64,000 nucleotides of DNA from an uncultured bacterium. Its GTDB lineage: Bacteria; Patescibacteriota; Gracilibacteria; Absconditabacterales; Absconditicoccaceae. Position numbers and translations under genes: made by a program. A model generated the notes under the pieces. The model searched no databases. It saw only the letters and a list, made by a program, of their open reading frames with translations, and was not told where the DNA came from. The stretch spans positions 950-64,949 of the forward strand of contig CAMJIH010000002.1 in the NCBI GenBank assembly GCA_946405785.1. The letters run 5' to 3'. Below are positions 23,002 to 35,553 of the stretch, in pieces. Positions within the stretch are counted from its first letter, which is position 1. Each line of letters begins with the position of its first letter.

Positions 23002-23682
23002 TTAAATTGATAAATAAGTTCATTCTTTTAAATCTCAAAGATTATATTTTCAAATACGAATTCTTTGTAAATCTGTAACTTCATAGCCGAGAGATTTGAA
23101 AATTCTTCTTATATGTCTTTTTTTTCATTCATTGAGTGTGATAATAATGCTTCCATTCTCTCATTTTTCTAAAGATTTTGTTCTAAGAAATTCTCATCAT
23201 TCGTGGATTCATCATAAAATTTTTTCTTTTAATTGCCAATTAAAATTTTTATTTAAGTGGACAATATATGTTTTTTCTATTTCTTTGCTTGGATGCTCAT
23301 ATTCATGAACAAGTTTAGAGTTTGTTGTTAGGATCATAAGTCAGCGACTATTTTTATCAAGTCTTCAGATATAATAATATTTTTTTATAAATTCTGTTGG
23401 TAACAATTCATAAAATGTCTTATTATAAGGATCAGATTTTGAACAAGTATATCAAATTGGTTTATTGAATAAAAGAATCTCAGGCAATTCTTCTATATCT
23501 TTAAAAGATATTTTCTCATTAATTTGCAATGAAATTATTTTCAATAAATCATCTTCACAAATTTCTGCTTTATAACTTTCTACTTTTTTGTCATTAATAA
23601 AAACTATTCATTGATCAATGTAATCAGTGATTTTTCTCCTAGAAATTCAATGGTATTTTTGAAGATAATCTCTTAAAAGCAT
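23002..23682 (-). CDS. RsuA/RluB-family pseudouridine synthase with an N-terminal S4-like domain
   Basis: Motifs: LLFNKPIGY, GRLDKNSRGLMILT, EGKKRHIRRIF. Product is 226 aa. Confidence 0.8.
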
Positions 23683-23698
23683 TATTTTTTAATAAACA

Positions 23699-23724
23699 AA
23701 AAAGACATTTTACAATGTCTTTTT
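23699..23724. terminator. Hairpin terminator downstream of the lipoprotein gene
   Basis: 9-bp stem aaagacatt / aatgtcttt, with T-runs on both strands. Confidence 0.6.
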
Positions 23725-23755
23725 ATAGTATCTTAGCAATAAGTTGCAAGAGAAA

Positions 23756-24019
23756 TTATTCTGCAGCTTCTTCAGTTGCTTCTTCAACAGCTTCTGGAGC
23801 ATCAGCAACTTCAACTTCTTCAGCACCTGAAAGAACATCTTCTTCAGTAACTTCATTACCAGTTGTAACAACTTCGATTTCTGGCTCTTCATCAACGATG
23901 ATTTCGATTTCAGGTTCATTGTTATCAACAACAACTTCTTCTTCAACAGGAGTGTTATTACATCCAGCTAAAAGAACTACTGAACTAAGAGCTAGTGCAG
24001 CTAACATAGACTTTTTCAT
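23756..24019 (-). CDS. Small acidic lipoprotein, 87 aa
   Basis: Intact track ORF. It has a signal peptide with the lipobox LLAGC, and the mature part is rich in E, V and T. Confidence 0.75.
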   Translation of the reverse strand: MKKSMLAALALSSVVLLAGCNNTPVEEEVVVDNNEPEIEIIVDEEPEIEVVTTGNEVTEEDVLSGAEEVEVADAPEAVEEATEEAAE

Positions 24020-24139
24020 TTACTAGGTCAATAAAAATATAAAAATATGAACAAGGAAACGTATAATAAAACAAACAATAAATGCAAGACTAAAATTGAG
24101 AAAACGGTAATTTTTTTGTAATTTTATATCTAATTTATA

Positions 24140-24168
24140 TTGACATCATATTTAACAATTGCTATATT
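24140..24168 (+). promoter_or_regulatory. Sigma70-type promoter
   Basis: TTGACA, 17 nt spacer, TATATT. It lies 41 nt upstream of the ATG at 24209. Confidence 0.6.
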
Positions 24169-24208
24169 ATGTAATTGAAAATATAAAAATCTAAAAAAAG
24201 ATAAAAAT

Positions 24209-24631
24209 ATGCATGAAGAAAAAATTTTTTTCAAAACCCGGATCTCATTCCAGAGAGTTCTATCGTTTCTTAGTTCTGCATTGTCAGAATGCGAGAAAAA
24301 TGAAAAACTAGATGTCAAGGTCATAGCAACATGGAATGCAAACATTTGTTCTTGTTCTCATCGTTGTGAATTGAATTCTTATATCGATGTCCCATTCGGA
24401 GTTAGAACAGATGATTCTACTCTTATTCTCGGAATGTTTGATATCAAAAAGTATGGGAAAATTAGTTTGATAGTGAATCAACCGTACAAGTTTGACACTA
24501 TCTCATATAAGATACCATATGACACAACAGTTCTCGGAGTCGTTTTTGAAAACGATTCATTACAAGAGAAAGAGAATTCAGTAGTTATGGCTATGCGTGA
24601 TGCTTTGCACCGACAACTTATGACGGCTTAA
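24209..24631 (+). CDS. Hypothetical protein, 140 aa
   Basis: Intact track ORF with its own promoter and terminator. I recognise no motif. Confidence 0.6.
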   Translation: MHEEKIFFKTRISFQRVLSFLSSALSECEKNEKLDVKVIATWNANICSCSHRCELNSYIDVPFGVRTDDSTLILGMFDIKKYGKISLIVNQPYKFDTISYKIPYDTTVLGVVFENDSLQEKENSVVMAMRDALHRQLMTA

Positions 24632-24655
24632 AGAAAGTTTTACTGAAGAAAATTA

Positions 24656-24685
24656 GGATTTGATTTATAATCAGATCCTTTTTTT
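24656..24685 (+). terminator. Rho-independent terminator
   Basis: 8-bp stem ggatttga / tcagatcc (one G-U pair) followed by 7 T. Confidence 0.65.
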
Positions 24686-24774
24686 GTTATTTATAAATAA
24701 ATGGAAAGTTTTATTTGTATTTTTATCCTATTTTCCTATTCTTTAACGAAAGCTCATTTTATTCTAATTTGAGT

Positions 24775-25647
24775 ATGAGAGGCCTAGTAAAATCAAAACC
24801 ATTTTCGAAGAGAATTAATAGATGAGTCGTACCAAAGACAGGCATCTCATTTTCTGTTTCAAAAAGAAGATGAAGAGATCAAGAATCTCCTTTCATAGTA
24901 ATGTTTAAAAAGTGGTGAGTACTCGTTTTAATAAGTATATTATCCCTTATTCTTTCAATTTTTTTGTTAAAATGAACCTGGTATAATCCAGTTTATTTAA
25001 TAGAAAATATTGAATATCCAGAGGAAACAAAAATTGAATATTGAAATACTGAGCTTTTTGTTCTTTCTTCTAAGTTTTTAAGATGAAAGTATTATAATAC
25101 TTTAAGAGTATGATGAGAATGAAGTCTTCTAGATTGGGTTAGAAAAGAATATCCATTTGTAAAAGATACGCACATTGAATTCTTAGGAAATCAAACAGTT
25201 CGTGTTGATTTTGATTATTATGAACCAGAATATGTTGTAAAACTATGAGAAAAAAAATATGGAATATGGTGAAATAATGTATCAACAGAATTGGATTATA
25301 GATGGAATTTATGAAAATCTGCATTTGTTATTGATACCCCTTGATATTTAAGTTGAGTAACATCATTATCATGATTCTTTTATGAAGTTGATTTTGGTTG
25401 GTATTCAACGAATATGCCTTTAATAAGAGAAGCATTCCCAGATATGGAACGTTTTGTTTATCTTGCTTGATCTTCAAACTTTCTTGTATTCGAAAATTGA
25501 AAAATGATTTATTTGTATAAGGAAGATATTCCTCATCAATTGCAAAAATATCAATGGTTAAAGACTCATTATGATGCATTTTATTCACTAGCAACAATAG
25601 ATCTTTGAAGTCTTAGTCAAGAAAAGGTTGTTGTTGGTTGGTTGTAG
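24775..25647 (+). CDS. Single-pass membrane protein, 290 aa; possibly FtsQ/DivIB-like (POTRA)
   Basis: It has a basic N-terminus and one TM span (WGVLVLISILSLILSIFLL). An I..IE..G......I.. stretch then resembles a POTRA domain. The functional assignment is weak. Confidence 0.5.
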
Positions 25648-25675
25648 ACTCTTTTATAAAAGCAATTAATATATA

Positions 25676-26887
25676 ATGTTTAAATCAGACTTCCCTTTAA
25701 TAGTTGATCATCCAGAAATTCTTTATTTAGATAATGCTGCGACAACACAGAAACCTTCAATGGTTATCGATGGAGTATCAGAATTTCTAAAAAATGAATA
25801 TGCTAATATACATAGATGACATTATGATCTTTCTGAAAAATCTGAAATTCATTATGAACATAGTAAAGAACTTGTTGCTGAGTTATTGAATTGTTCAAAT
25901 AAAGAGGTTATTTATACAGCCAATGCTACAGCTTCATTTAATCTTTTGGCTCAAACATTGGTTAATTCAAATATAGTAAAAAAATGAGATACCGTTCTCT
26001 TATGAGTTCGAGATCATCATGCTAATATTTTACCATGGATGTCATTATCAAAGCTCTTTTGATTTAAAGTAGAATTCTTTTGATTAAATGAGAATTACGA
26101 TATAGATTTTGATGATTTTAAAGAAAAATATACAAATGATGTTAAAATAGTAAGTTGTTGATGGATTTCTAATGTGACATGATGAATCTGTGATGTGAAA
26201 AAATTAAAAACATTATTGCGTGATGATACTTTTTATGTCGTTGATGCATCTCAAGCAGCTCCAAATATTCTAATAGATTTTCAAGAAGTAGGATGTGATG
26301 CATTGGTATTCACAGCTCATAAAATGATGGCCTATACTGGAGTAGGAGGACTGATTTTAAAACGTGATTATGTTAAAGAACTGAAACCATTAGCACTTTG
26401 ATGATGAACAATTAATGATGTTTCTGTTGATGATTATGTCCTGAGAAAATGAAGGTGGAAGTATGAAGCAGGAACTCCAAATATAATATGAGCAGTTTCT
26501 TTAGAATATGCACTTGAATATATAAAATCCCTGTGAAAAGGTGATATAAGAAAAGGAATGGGTATTATAGAAAAACATGAACAAGAACTTGCTGAATATT
26601 GAATCCAAAGATTTAAAGAATTAAAGGATAAGGTTAGGTTAATAGGTCCAGAAAAAAATAGAATTCCTTTGTTCTCATTTATTATTCATGGACATGAAAA
26701 TATTAATCAAGTTGGGGAATACTTTGCGGATAAATGAATTTGTATCCGTTGTGGTTGACATTGCGCATATCCATTGCACAAAAACTTCCAAATAGGTGGA
26801 ACTTGTAGAATGAGTACATACATCTATAATGAAAAAGAAGATTTAGACCGATTCTTTGATGTACTGAACGAATTGATAAATAGTTAA
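25676..26887 (+). CDS. sufS: Cysteine desulfurase, class V aminotransferase (SufS/NifS type)
   Basis: Motifs: LDNAATTQKP, HRGHY, DHHANILPW, SNVTG, VVDASQAAP, FTAHKM, YEAGTPNI, GGHCAYP. It contains track ORF 26195-26401. Confidence 0.85.
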
Positions 26888-26958
26888 CAGAAAAACTTGC
26901 ATTTAATGAATCAAATACTACATTAAAACTAATACTTTTAAATTATTTATGGAAAAAA

Positions 26959-29496
26959 ATGACAATTGATGTTACAAAAATAGCTAGTAAATGGCAAAAA
27001 GAGTGGAGTGAAAAAAAAGTATATCAAACAAAAGAATGATGAAATAAACCAAAATTTTATATTCTAGATATGTTTCCATATCCAAGTGGAGCTGGATTAC
27101 ATGTTGGGCATCCAAAGTGATATATTGCTTCAGATACAATCGCAAGAAAAAAGTTATTGGAATGATATAATGTTCTTCATCCAATGGGATTTGATACTTT
27201 TGGATTAGGGACAGAACAATATGCTATTGATCATAAGATGAAGCCTCAAGTTGTAGCAAAACAAAATATTGATACTTATATTAAGCAACTTGAAAATATT
27301 GGATTTACATATGACTGGGAGAGAAGTTTTTCAACAGCAGATCCTGATTATTATAAATGGACTCAAACAATATTTTTGAAATTCTATAATCATTATTATG
27401 ATGAATCAGCTAAAAAAGCTAAACCAATTGAAGAACTAGAAAAAACATTAAAGGCTCAATGAAAATCAGATGAAGAAATTAAAAAAATTGTAGATGGTGA
27501 AAGATTAGCATATATTGATTATAAACCAATTAACTGGTGTCCTCACTGTAAGACAGGTTTGGCAAATGAAGATCTAGATGATTGAAAGTGTGAAAGATGT
27601 GGAAGTCCTGTTGAACAAAAACCTATGAAACAACGGGTTTTGAGAATAACAAAATATGCAGAAAGATTACTTGATTGATTAAATGATCTTGATTGGGATG
27701 AATCAATGAAGGAACTAGAAAGAAACTGGATAGGTAAATCTTCAGGTACTCAATTTAGGATGAATATTAAGGATTCATCTGATTATTTTGAGGTATACAC
27801 GACAAGAGTAGACACTGTCTTCTGAATGACATTTGTTGTTATGGCTCCAGAACATCCTTTAGTTGATAAAATTACAACAGCAGAACAACGTGATGCTGTA
27901 AATGCATATAAAGAACAGGCTAAATATAAAACTCAGCTTGAGAGAACAGAACTACAAAAAGAGAAAACAGGACAATTTACATGAGCTTATGCAATTAATC
28001 CATTTAATTGAAAAGAAGTTCCAATCTATATTGGTGATTATGTACTTGCTAATTACGGAACATGAGTAGTTATGGCTGTCCCTGCTCATGATGAAAGAGA
28101 TTTCGATTTTGCTAAAAAACATAATATTCCTATTATTCAAAGTATTGCTCCTAAAACTACAGGAGAACGCTATGATTTTGATTCATTCAATGCTTTGCCA
28201 GAAATAGCAACTGAAAAATGAGTACTAGTAGATTCATGAGAATTTACTTGATTAACATCAGAGGAGGCAATTAAAAAGATGCAGGTTTGGTTAAAGAATC
28301 AAAACATGTGATCAGAAAAGATTAATTATAAAATTCAAGATTGGGTATTCTCTCGTCAAAGATATTGGTGAGAACCATTCCCAGTGATATTCTGTCCAGA
28401 ACATTGAACTGTTCCAATGAAAGAATCAGATCTTCCATTAACATTGCCTGATGTTGAACATTATGAACCAACAGGAACAGAAGAAGGACCTTTAGCCGAA
28501 GTATCAGATTGGATTAATACAACTTGTCCTATTTGTTGAAAACCAGCAAAGAGAGAATCTAATACTATGCCAGGATGGGCATGATCAAGTTGGTATTGGC
28601 TAAGATATATGGATCCACATAACCATGATGAAATGCTTTCAAAAGAAAGAGATGAATATTGGAGAAATGTTGATATATATATTTGAGGAGCAGAACATGT
28701 TACAAGACATATGATTTATGCAAGATTTTGGCAAAATTTCTTGTATGATTTGGGTATGGTTTGTGAAAAAGAACCATTTAAAAAGTATCAAAAGGTAGGT
28801 CTTATTATGGCTGAAGATTGAAGAAAAATGTCAAAAAGATGGTGAAATGTTGTAAACCCTGATGATATTATCGAAGAATATTGAGCAGATGTTTTCAGAA
28901 CATATGAAATGTTTATGTGACCATTTGATCAATATATTTCATGGAATACTAACGGTATTAAATGAGCTAAGAAGTTTATTGATAAGATAGTTGCTCTACG
29001 AGATAAAGTAGATTTAAACAAACAAGAAGAGGATAAGAGTATCAACACACTTCTTCATCAATCAATTAAAAAGTTAACTCAAGAAATTGATGATTTTAAG
29101 TTTAATACTTCAATTTCTCAATTAATGATCTTAGTTAATGCATTAACAGAAAAAGATAAAATAGCAAAACCAACATTTGAAGCATTAACATTATTAATGG
29201 CTCCATTCGCACCTCATTTGGCAGAAGAATTCTGGAATCTTTTATGAAATGAATTCTCAATATTTACAACTGGTAAATGGCCTAAATATGATGAAAAATA
29301 TCTAGTAGCTGCAGAAGTAACATTGGCTGTGCAATTCAATTGAAAAATGAGATGAACATTACAAGTTGCTGCTGATGCAACACAAGAAGAAGTAATTGAA
29401 TTAATAAAATCAGATGCTAAATTATCTAATTATTATACAGGAGATCCAAAGAAGATAATATTTATACCTTGAAAAATTATGAATATAATCCTTTAA
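26959..29496 (+). CDS. leuS: Leucyl-tRNA synthetase
   Basis: Product is 845 aa. Motifs: [24 protein letters not shown], and the KMSK region (RKMSKRWGN). It contains track ORF 27184-27462. Confidence 0.92.
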
Positions 29497-29512
29497 TTCT
29501 CAGATATGGAAA

Positions 29513-30280
29513 ATGAATATGAAAGAAGAATCATTCGTATTAACAATTTCATGAGGAGGAGCTAAAGGAATGTATGCGTGTTGAATATTAAAGGCGTTAG
29601 AAGAATTAAATCTTAAAAAGAATATAAGGGCAGTTTTCTGAGTTAGTGCATGAGCTCTTACTTGAGCATATTGGCTAAGTTGATGGAAGGCTGAAGATAT
29701 ATATAATAAATATGTTGAGAGCTGATTGTTTTCTATAAAAAATCTTTCATTATTTCCATTAAAGGGAATTATGAAGGCTTGAACTATGGAAAAAATCGTA
29801 AAACATGATATGAAAAGAAGATTTGAAAAATTAGAAAAACCATTATATGTATGAGCCACAGATTTGTTGAAATGAAAATTTACGCTATATAATTCATGAG
29901 AATTGTTGAGACCTGTTATATGAAGTTTATCAGTTCCATGAATATTTGCTCCTGTTGAATATGATGGAGCCTTATTAATAGATGGATGAGTAACAAATAA
30001 TTTTCCTATAGATGTAGCAAAAAAACTATATCCAAATGAGAAACAAATAGGAATATTATTGTCTAAATTTAAGAAGAATCAAAAAATTGAAAATTTGGTT
30101 GATACTTTACAGGTTACATATGATCTTCTGTTAAAATGACATTTAAGCCAAACATTTAATGAGGCTGATATTCTATTCTATAGGGATCTAAAAACAGGAA
30201 TGACAGAAAATAATGCAAAAAAGTTACAACGTCTTTTTGATCTATGATATCAAGACTGATTAGATACTTTTAGTTCATAA
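29513..30280 (+). CDS. Patatin-like phospholipase, 255 aa
   Basis: Motifs: ISGGGAKG (oxyanion hole), GVSAGA (nucleophile elbow G-x-S-x-G), IDGGVTNNFP (catalytic Asp). Confidence 0.8.
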
Positions 30281-30289
30281 TAAATAGAA

Positions 30290-31081
30290 ATGAAATTCCC
30301 ATTTTTCCTAAGGAAAAAAGATCGTTATGTACTAGTAATCTCTTGAGGTGGAATGAGAGGATTTTATGGATGATGAGTTTTTAAAGCAATAGATGAGATA
30401 TGATTAAGAGATAGAGTAGATGCAATTTACTGAGTAAGTGCTTGAGGCTTATTAGCAAGTTATTGGGCTGCATGATATAAAGCAGATGAGATAGTAGATC
30501 TATTCCTTAATTCAGAGTTCTTGGATTTGTCAAAGGATTTAAATCTACTTCCTAAAGCTTCAATACTCTCTAATAAAATGTTGAAAAAACAAATAGAGAG
30601 AGATCTACCAGAAACATTTGAAGAACTAAAAATGCCAACTTATATATGATGTACAAATACTAATGAATGACAGAATGTGATCCTTTCTTCATGAGATTTA
30701 ACATCAGCATTAATGTGAACAATAGCAATTCCATGAATTTTCCCAGCCGTTGAAAGAGATGGAATGATGTTAATAGATGGAGGAGTAACAAATAATTTCC
30801 CTTTGGCTATCGCTAAAGAAAGATTTCCACATCATAAAATAATAGGAATATCTCTTAATAAGTATCAAAAGAATCAAAAAATAAAAAATATTTTTGATAA
30901 TTTGTTGGTTTCTTTTGAAATAATGTTAAGAAAAGATATTGAGCCACAATGAGCATTAGCAGATATCTTTTTCCATAAAAATTTGGAAACTCCAGTATTG
31001 GAATTTAATAAGACAAAATTGAAAAAACTTTATAATATGGGATATGAAGACTGATTAGAAAGACTAAAAGATTTGATTTAA
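30290..31081 (+). CDS. Patatin-like phospholipase, 263 aa; tandem paralog
   Basis: Motifs: ISGGGMRG, GVSAGG, IDGGVTNNFP. It contains track ORF 30764-30952. Confidence 0.8.
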
Positions 31082-31094
31082 ATAAAAGTTAATA

Positions 31095-31802
31095 ATGCAA
31101 TTATTCATCTGTTCTCAAATCCAGGTTAAGGGGAAAGAAATCCAGGTTAATAACAATCCAGAGATTGTAAATCAATTAAGAAAAGTATTAAGAGCAAAAT
31201 CTTGATATAAGTTTTTCTTGCAAGATGAAAATTGAGCAAAAAGATATAATGTTGAATTAGAGTCTTTTATAGAAAATGGTATTGTAGGTAAAATTATATG
31301 AGAAGAAGATTGAATAAATTGAGATTCTAAAGTATGAATGTTGATTGCATTGCCGAATAAACAGGAAAAATTAGAATTAATTATCCAAAAATTAACTGAA
31401 ATAGGAATTTCTCATATTTTTCTATGGAGTTCTGATAGATCTCAGATAAAATCTTTAAATGAGAATAGAATAATTAGAATTAATAGAATTATTAGAGAAG
31501 CAGTTGAACAGTCTCGATGATGGACAATACCAAAAATTGAAATAGTAAAGGATATAAAACAGTTGCATAATAATTGGAATTTTGTAATTTTTGATTTACC
31601 AAAAGAGGGGACAGTAAAATGAATATTAGATTGAAAGTTACCTTTATTATGAGTTATTTGACCAGAATGATGATTATCCATAAATGATTATAAGAATTTC
31701 CCTACAAATCATATTGTGAAATCATTATGAGATTCGGTATTGAGAATGGAGACAGCAGCGATTATCTGATGATGGTCCTTGAAAAATAAAGTTATAGGCT
31801 AA
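31095..31802 (+). CDS. rsmE: 16S rRNA (uracil1498-N3)-methyltransferase
   Basis: Motifs: ALPNKQEKLELIIQKLTEIGI, IIREAVEQSRG, GPEGGLS, LGDSVLRMETAAI. Confidence 0.8.
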
Positions 31803-31829
31803 AAAATTGGTTATTCATTTTTAATGATG

Positions 31830-31856
31830 ATACTAGGTAATATCTAGTATTTTTTT
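31830..31856 (+). terminator. Rho-independent terminator
   Basis: 7-bp stem atactag / ctagtat followed by tttttt. Confidence 0.65.
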
Positions 31857-31893
31857 ATTAATTAGAGAATAGTGTTATATTTTTGTGATTGTA

Positions 31894-31921
31894 TTGACAA
31901 AATAAGGATAATAAATATTAT
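31894..31921 (+). promoter_or_regulatory. Sigma70-type promoter
   Basis: TTGACA, 16 nt spacer, TATTAT. Confidence 0.55.
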
Positions 31922-31962
31922 CTATTAGATAATATAGAATTTTTTATAGTTAAAATACTTGT

Positions 31963-33021
31963 ATGGAAAAAGGAGAGCTGTCTTCAGATGTGGATAAGTG
32001 AGATGCGATAAAAGACTTACAAATTGAGGAAAAACAAGAACTAGTTAATACTTTAAATCAGAATAAATGAATAGATTCAAATCAAATTGATTTGAATAAT
32101 TTTTCTGCATTGTGAAGATGGGAAAACTGAAAATTTCTTATTAATGAATCTATCGTTAATACAGATGAAAATGGGGAAAATTATATAATTGTAGATGGAA
32201 AAAAGTTTTATGAAAAATGAGATCATCAGTTAAAATACATGGAAATATTTGATGAATATTGAATGCCTCATTTTTATATTTGAGAAGTAAAACCTGATGG
32301 TTTAATCGAGGATTGCGAATGTCTCGTAGTAAGAAATGATGGATGAATATTTAAATGAGAATGGAATAAGAAGGGGATACTAAAAGATCCTAGTAATTGG
32401 GAATATGATTGATCATTTGTTGATGGAAGACCATTGGATATTCATTCAAAGCCAGAATTTCGTAGAAAATGAGTATATAAAAGAGAGGACTGAACTATCG
32501 AAACTTACGTTGCTTATTCAGGTAAGATGAGACCTCAGTTCATTTCATGAAAAGATAATAAAGAGAAGGAAAATCGAAGTAAAAAAAGAGGAAGTGTAGT
32601 GAGTATAAAAAAGGAACTTCCTACATGAGAAATTGAACACATTCTTCATTCATGGAAAAGAGATACAATTTATGAAGAAACAGAAGGTTCATATATTTTT
32701 AAATCTCAAAATTGAAAAGAATTAAGACTTCCAAAAATGGTCGAAGAATTGAAAGATGATAGATATTGAAAAACTTGAGAATTGAGAAAAGGAGCTGATA
32801 GAGCAAAACAATTGGCAAATTTATTAAATGCAGTTGAAAAATTTGTTTGTCTACATCCTGTGTCAAAATTTGCTACTTTTTGACCTCATTTGCAAGTTAA
32901 ATATCGTGATATGTTGTTAAGGAAAACTCTATTAAAAAATGTTGAAGGAAGAATTTGAATTAGCGCAAAAGATCTAGCAGAATGGCTTAATGATAATCAA
33001 AATGATGAAAATCAGAGATAA
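31963..33021 (+). CDS. Hypothetical protein, 352 aa
   Basis: Continuous frame with TGA=Gly, ending in TAA at 33019-33021. A few G-x-W/F-x-x-G stretches faintly resemble MORN repeats, too weakly to call. Confidence 0.55.
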
Positions 33022-33140
33022 TAATTTCAGAGAATAAATATTTGGATACCTTGCAAATAATTTTAATGTTGCAATTAAGCAACATAATTTTATACTTCAT
33101 CAGTATAGTGAAGATTATAGCTCAGACTAAGAGCATTTTA

Positions 33141-33149
33141 TGATATAAT
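33141..33149 (+). promoter_or_regulatory. Extended -10 element TGaTATAAT upstream of rny
   Basis: TGATATAAT ends 10 nt before the rny ATG at 33160. Confidence 0.45.
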
Positions 33150-33159
33150 ATTTATACAT

Positions 33160-34668
33160 ATGTCACCAACATTGTCACTTATTGTTGCAGCTGCTGTATC
33201 TCTTGCAATAGGTTGAGCTGCAGGATTTTACGGATACAAGAAAACATTAAACGAAAAACAAATTCGTTTTAAGAAGAAGATGGAAAAAGCAAAGGAATTG
33301 GAAGATGAAATTTTAGAAGAAGCAAAGAAGAAGGCTGAAGGAATCCTTGAACAAGCAGAGATTAAGGCCCAAAAAATTGAGGATCAGAGATTAGCAAAAA
33401 TGGAAGAAATCCAGAATAGACTCTTGATAAGAGAGGAAAAAATGGATCAAAAACTCGAAAAATTAGAAGAAGAAAAATGAAAAGTGTTGGATAAACAAAG
33501 AGAAGTTGATGAAATAATTGAAGAACAAAATAAAAAATTAGCAGAAATCGCTCAAATTAATCCAGAAGAAGCTAAAAATCAAATTTTTGAAAGAATTGAA
33601 AAAGATAATCAAGAAGAGATCGTAAGATTTATAGAAAAGTTTAAGACAATAAAGGCAGAAGAAGCTCAAAAAGAAGCTGCACAAATACTTGCACAAGCAA
33701 TGCCTAAACTTGCTGCAGATACTGTAAGTGAATTTACATCAAAAGTAATAGACTTACCAACAGAAGAGTTTAAATGAAAACTTATTTGACGTGAATGAAG
33801 AAATATTTCTTTATTTGAAAAACTTACAGGTGTTGAATTACTAATTGATGATACTCCATTATCTGTAAGAATCTCATCATTTGATAGTGAAAAGAGATTT
33901 GTTGCGGCAAAGACACTTGAAATCTTAATAAAAGATTGAAGAATTAATCCTTTCTATATTGAAAAAGTATACAATCAAGTTGTTGATGAATTAGAAGATA
34001 CTTTGAAAGAAAAAGGTAAAGAAGCTCTAACATTGCTTAATTTACCAATGATGAATCCTGAAGTTGTAAGAACTATAGGACAATTCTATCTTAGATATAG
34101 TTATGGACAGAACTTATGGATTCACTCATTAGAAGTTGCTAAAATTAGTGAAAATATCGCTGTTGAATTATGATTAGATCCATTATTAGCAAAAAAAGCA
34201 TGATTACTTCATGATGTTTGAAAAGTTATAGCAGCAGCATGAGAATCTCACACGAAAGTGGGAGCAGATATGCTACGTAAATGGGGAGTTGATCCTATCA
34301 TTGTAAATGCAGCAGAATCTCATCACTATGATATTGAAATGACTAGTGCCTATTCTTGGATTGTGGCAGCTGCTGATGCAATGTCAGCTTCAAGACCTGG
34401 TGCAAGATTTGATACAAAGGATTTCTTTATCGAAAAGATGTGAGAGCTTGAGAAGTTGATTCTTGAAGTTGAAGGTGTTGAAAAGGTATATATTATGCAA
34501 GCAGGTAGAGAAATTATGGTATTTGTTGATCCAAAAGTTATTCCAGATACAGAACTTGAAGTTTTGTTAGAGAATATATGAAAGAAGATTGAAGAACAAT
34601 TAGATTATCCTGGAATAATAAGAATTACAGCATTAAGAGAAACTAAGTTAGTACAATATTTAAGATAG
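33160..34668 (+). CDS. rny: Ribonuclease Y
   Basis: It has an N-terminal TM span, a K/E coiled coil, a KH motif (LIGREGRNI) and an HD domain (LLHDVGK ... ESHH). The frame links track ORFs 33280, 33484 and 34258. Confidence 0.9.
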
Positions 34669-34750
34669 TTTAGAAGATTGGAAGATAGATAAGAAATTGA
34701 ACAAGTTTATTCTTTACCTTCTTCCGATTTATTTATATTCTTTATAAGAT

Positions 34751-35518
34751 ATGTATCCTTATTTAGAAATCTTTTGAACAAAGTTATATATGACAGGTAT
34801 TTGAATTGTCGTAGCTTGCTTTGTATTCTTAATTACAGTATACGTACTTTCAAAAAAGTACCATCAAGAATTCATTAAATTTTTTAATTGGTTGCCTTGG
34901 TTATTGATTTGTATTTATCTTTCAGGACTCTATTTTACATTCTTTTTTGATGGAGGTATAATCCCAACATCATTTGGTATATTCAGTCCTTATTGATATA
35001 ACTTTTCACTTGTTGGTATGCTTCTTGCAGCATTTATACTTATTCTAATTTTCCTATCACAGTTTAGGAGGAATGAAACAAAGAAAATATGGATAGATAT
35101 CTTATTCTTTTGATTTGTTAACGCACTTATTGTATTATGAGTATTCTTAGTATTATGAGATAATTTTGTATGAAAAACATATAATTGAGCACTACATGTT
35201 ACAGCATTGGTTCCTGATAGTGCACTTGTTAAGTATTGATGAGTATATCCTATATGAATATTCCTTTCTTTATGAGCTTTGGCTATAAATCTTATTATTA
35301 CAATATTAAAGCTTATTCTTAAAAAGAGTGGAGTTGGATTATTATGATTCATCTTATTGTTTATTTTGCTTATGGTAATACTTCCTTTTTGGAACTATCC
35401 AGCACATGGAGTAATGTCAGTATTTTGAATGTTTACATTGGATATTAATTACTATGTATTAATATTCTTGATAATATTCTGTTTGTTCTCCTATAAAAAA
35501 CTTAAGAAACCTTGTTAA
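34751..35518 (+). CDS. lgt: Probable prolipoprotein diacylglyceryl transferase
   Basis: A 255-aa polytopic membrane protein with Lgt-like segments (GYNFSLVG, LGDNFVGK, YP..IF). Similarity was judged by eye only. Confidence 0.55.
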
Positions 35519-35553
35519 TCTAATTATTTTGTATCTAGAAGTTGTTTTTTTTA

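Noticed and set aside
23710-24026. Extra ORFs overlapping the acidic lipoprotein gene (a 78-aa minus-strand ORF and a 103-aa Ser/Thr-rich plus-strand ORF)
   Set aside because: They are alternative-frame and antisense readings of a low-complexity GAA/GTT-rich gene. Only the 23756-24019 frame has a signal peptide with a lipobox.
24209-24631. Possible horizontally acquired gene, because it is intact under the standard code and looks slightly GC-richer
   Set aside because: It has only 4 glycines, so the absence of TGA is not significant. My hand count gave 42 G+C in its first 120 nt, against 36 in the first 120 nt of the patatin gene at 29513, a small difference. I kept it as an ordinary ORFan with its own promoter and terminator.
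24701-24787. A 28-codon ORF (MESFICIFILFSYSLTKAHFILIGVGEA) upstream of the FtsQ-like gene
   Set aside because: It has no ribosome-binding site and no supporting feature, and it lies in the terminator/promoter gap. It is most likely spurious.
26888-26958. Leader peptides or T-box elements upstream of the other synthetase genes: leuS here, metG at 49876-49954, hisS at 60105-60249, pheS at 46045-46121
   Set aside because: The mini-ORFs present (for example MNQILH upstream of leuS) are not enriched in the cognate amino acid. The regions are too short and too AT-rich for a T-box fold. Only thrS shows a convincing attenuator.
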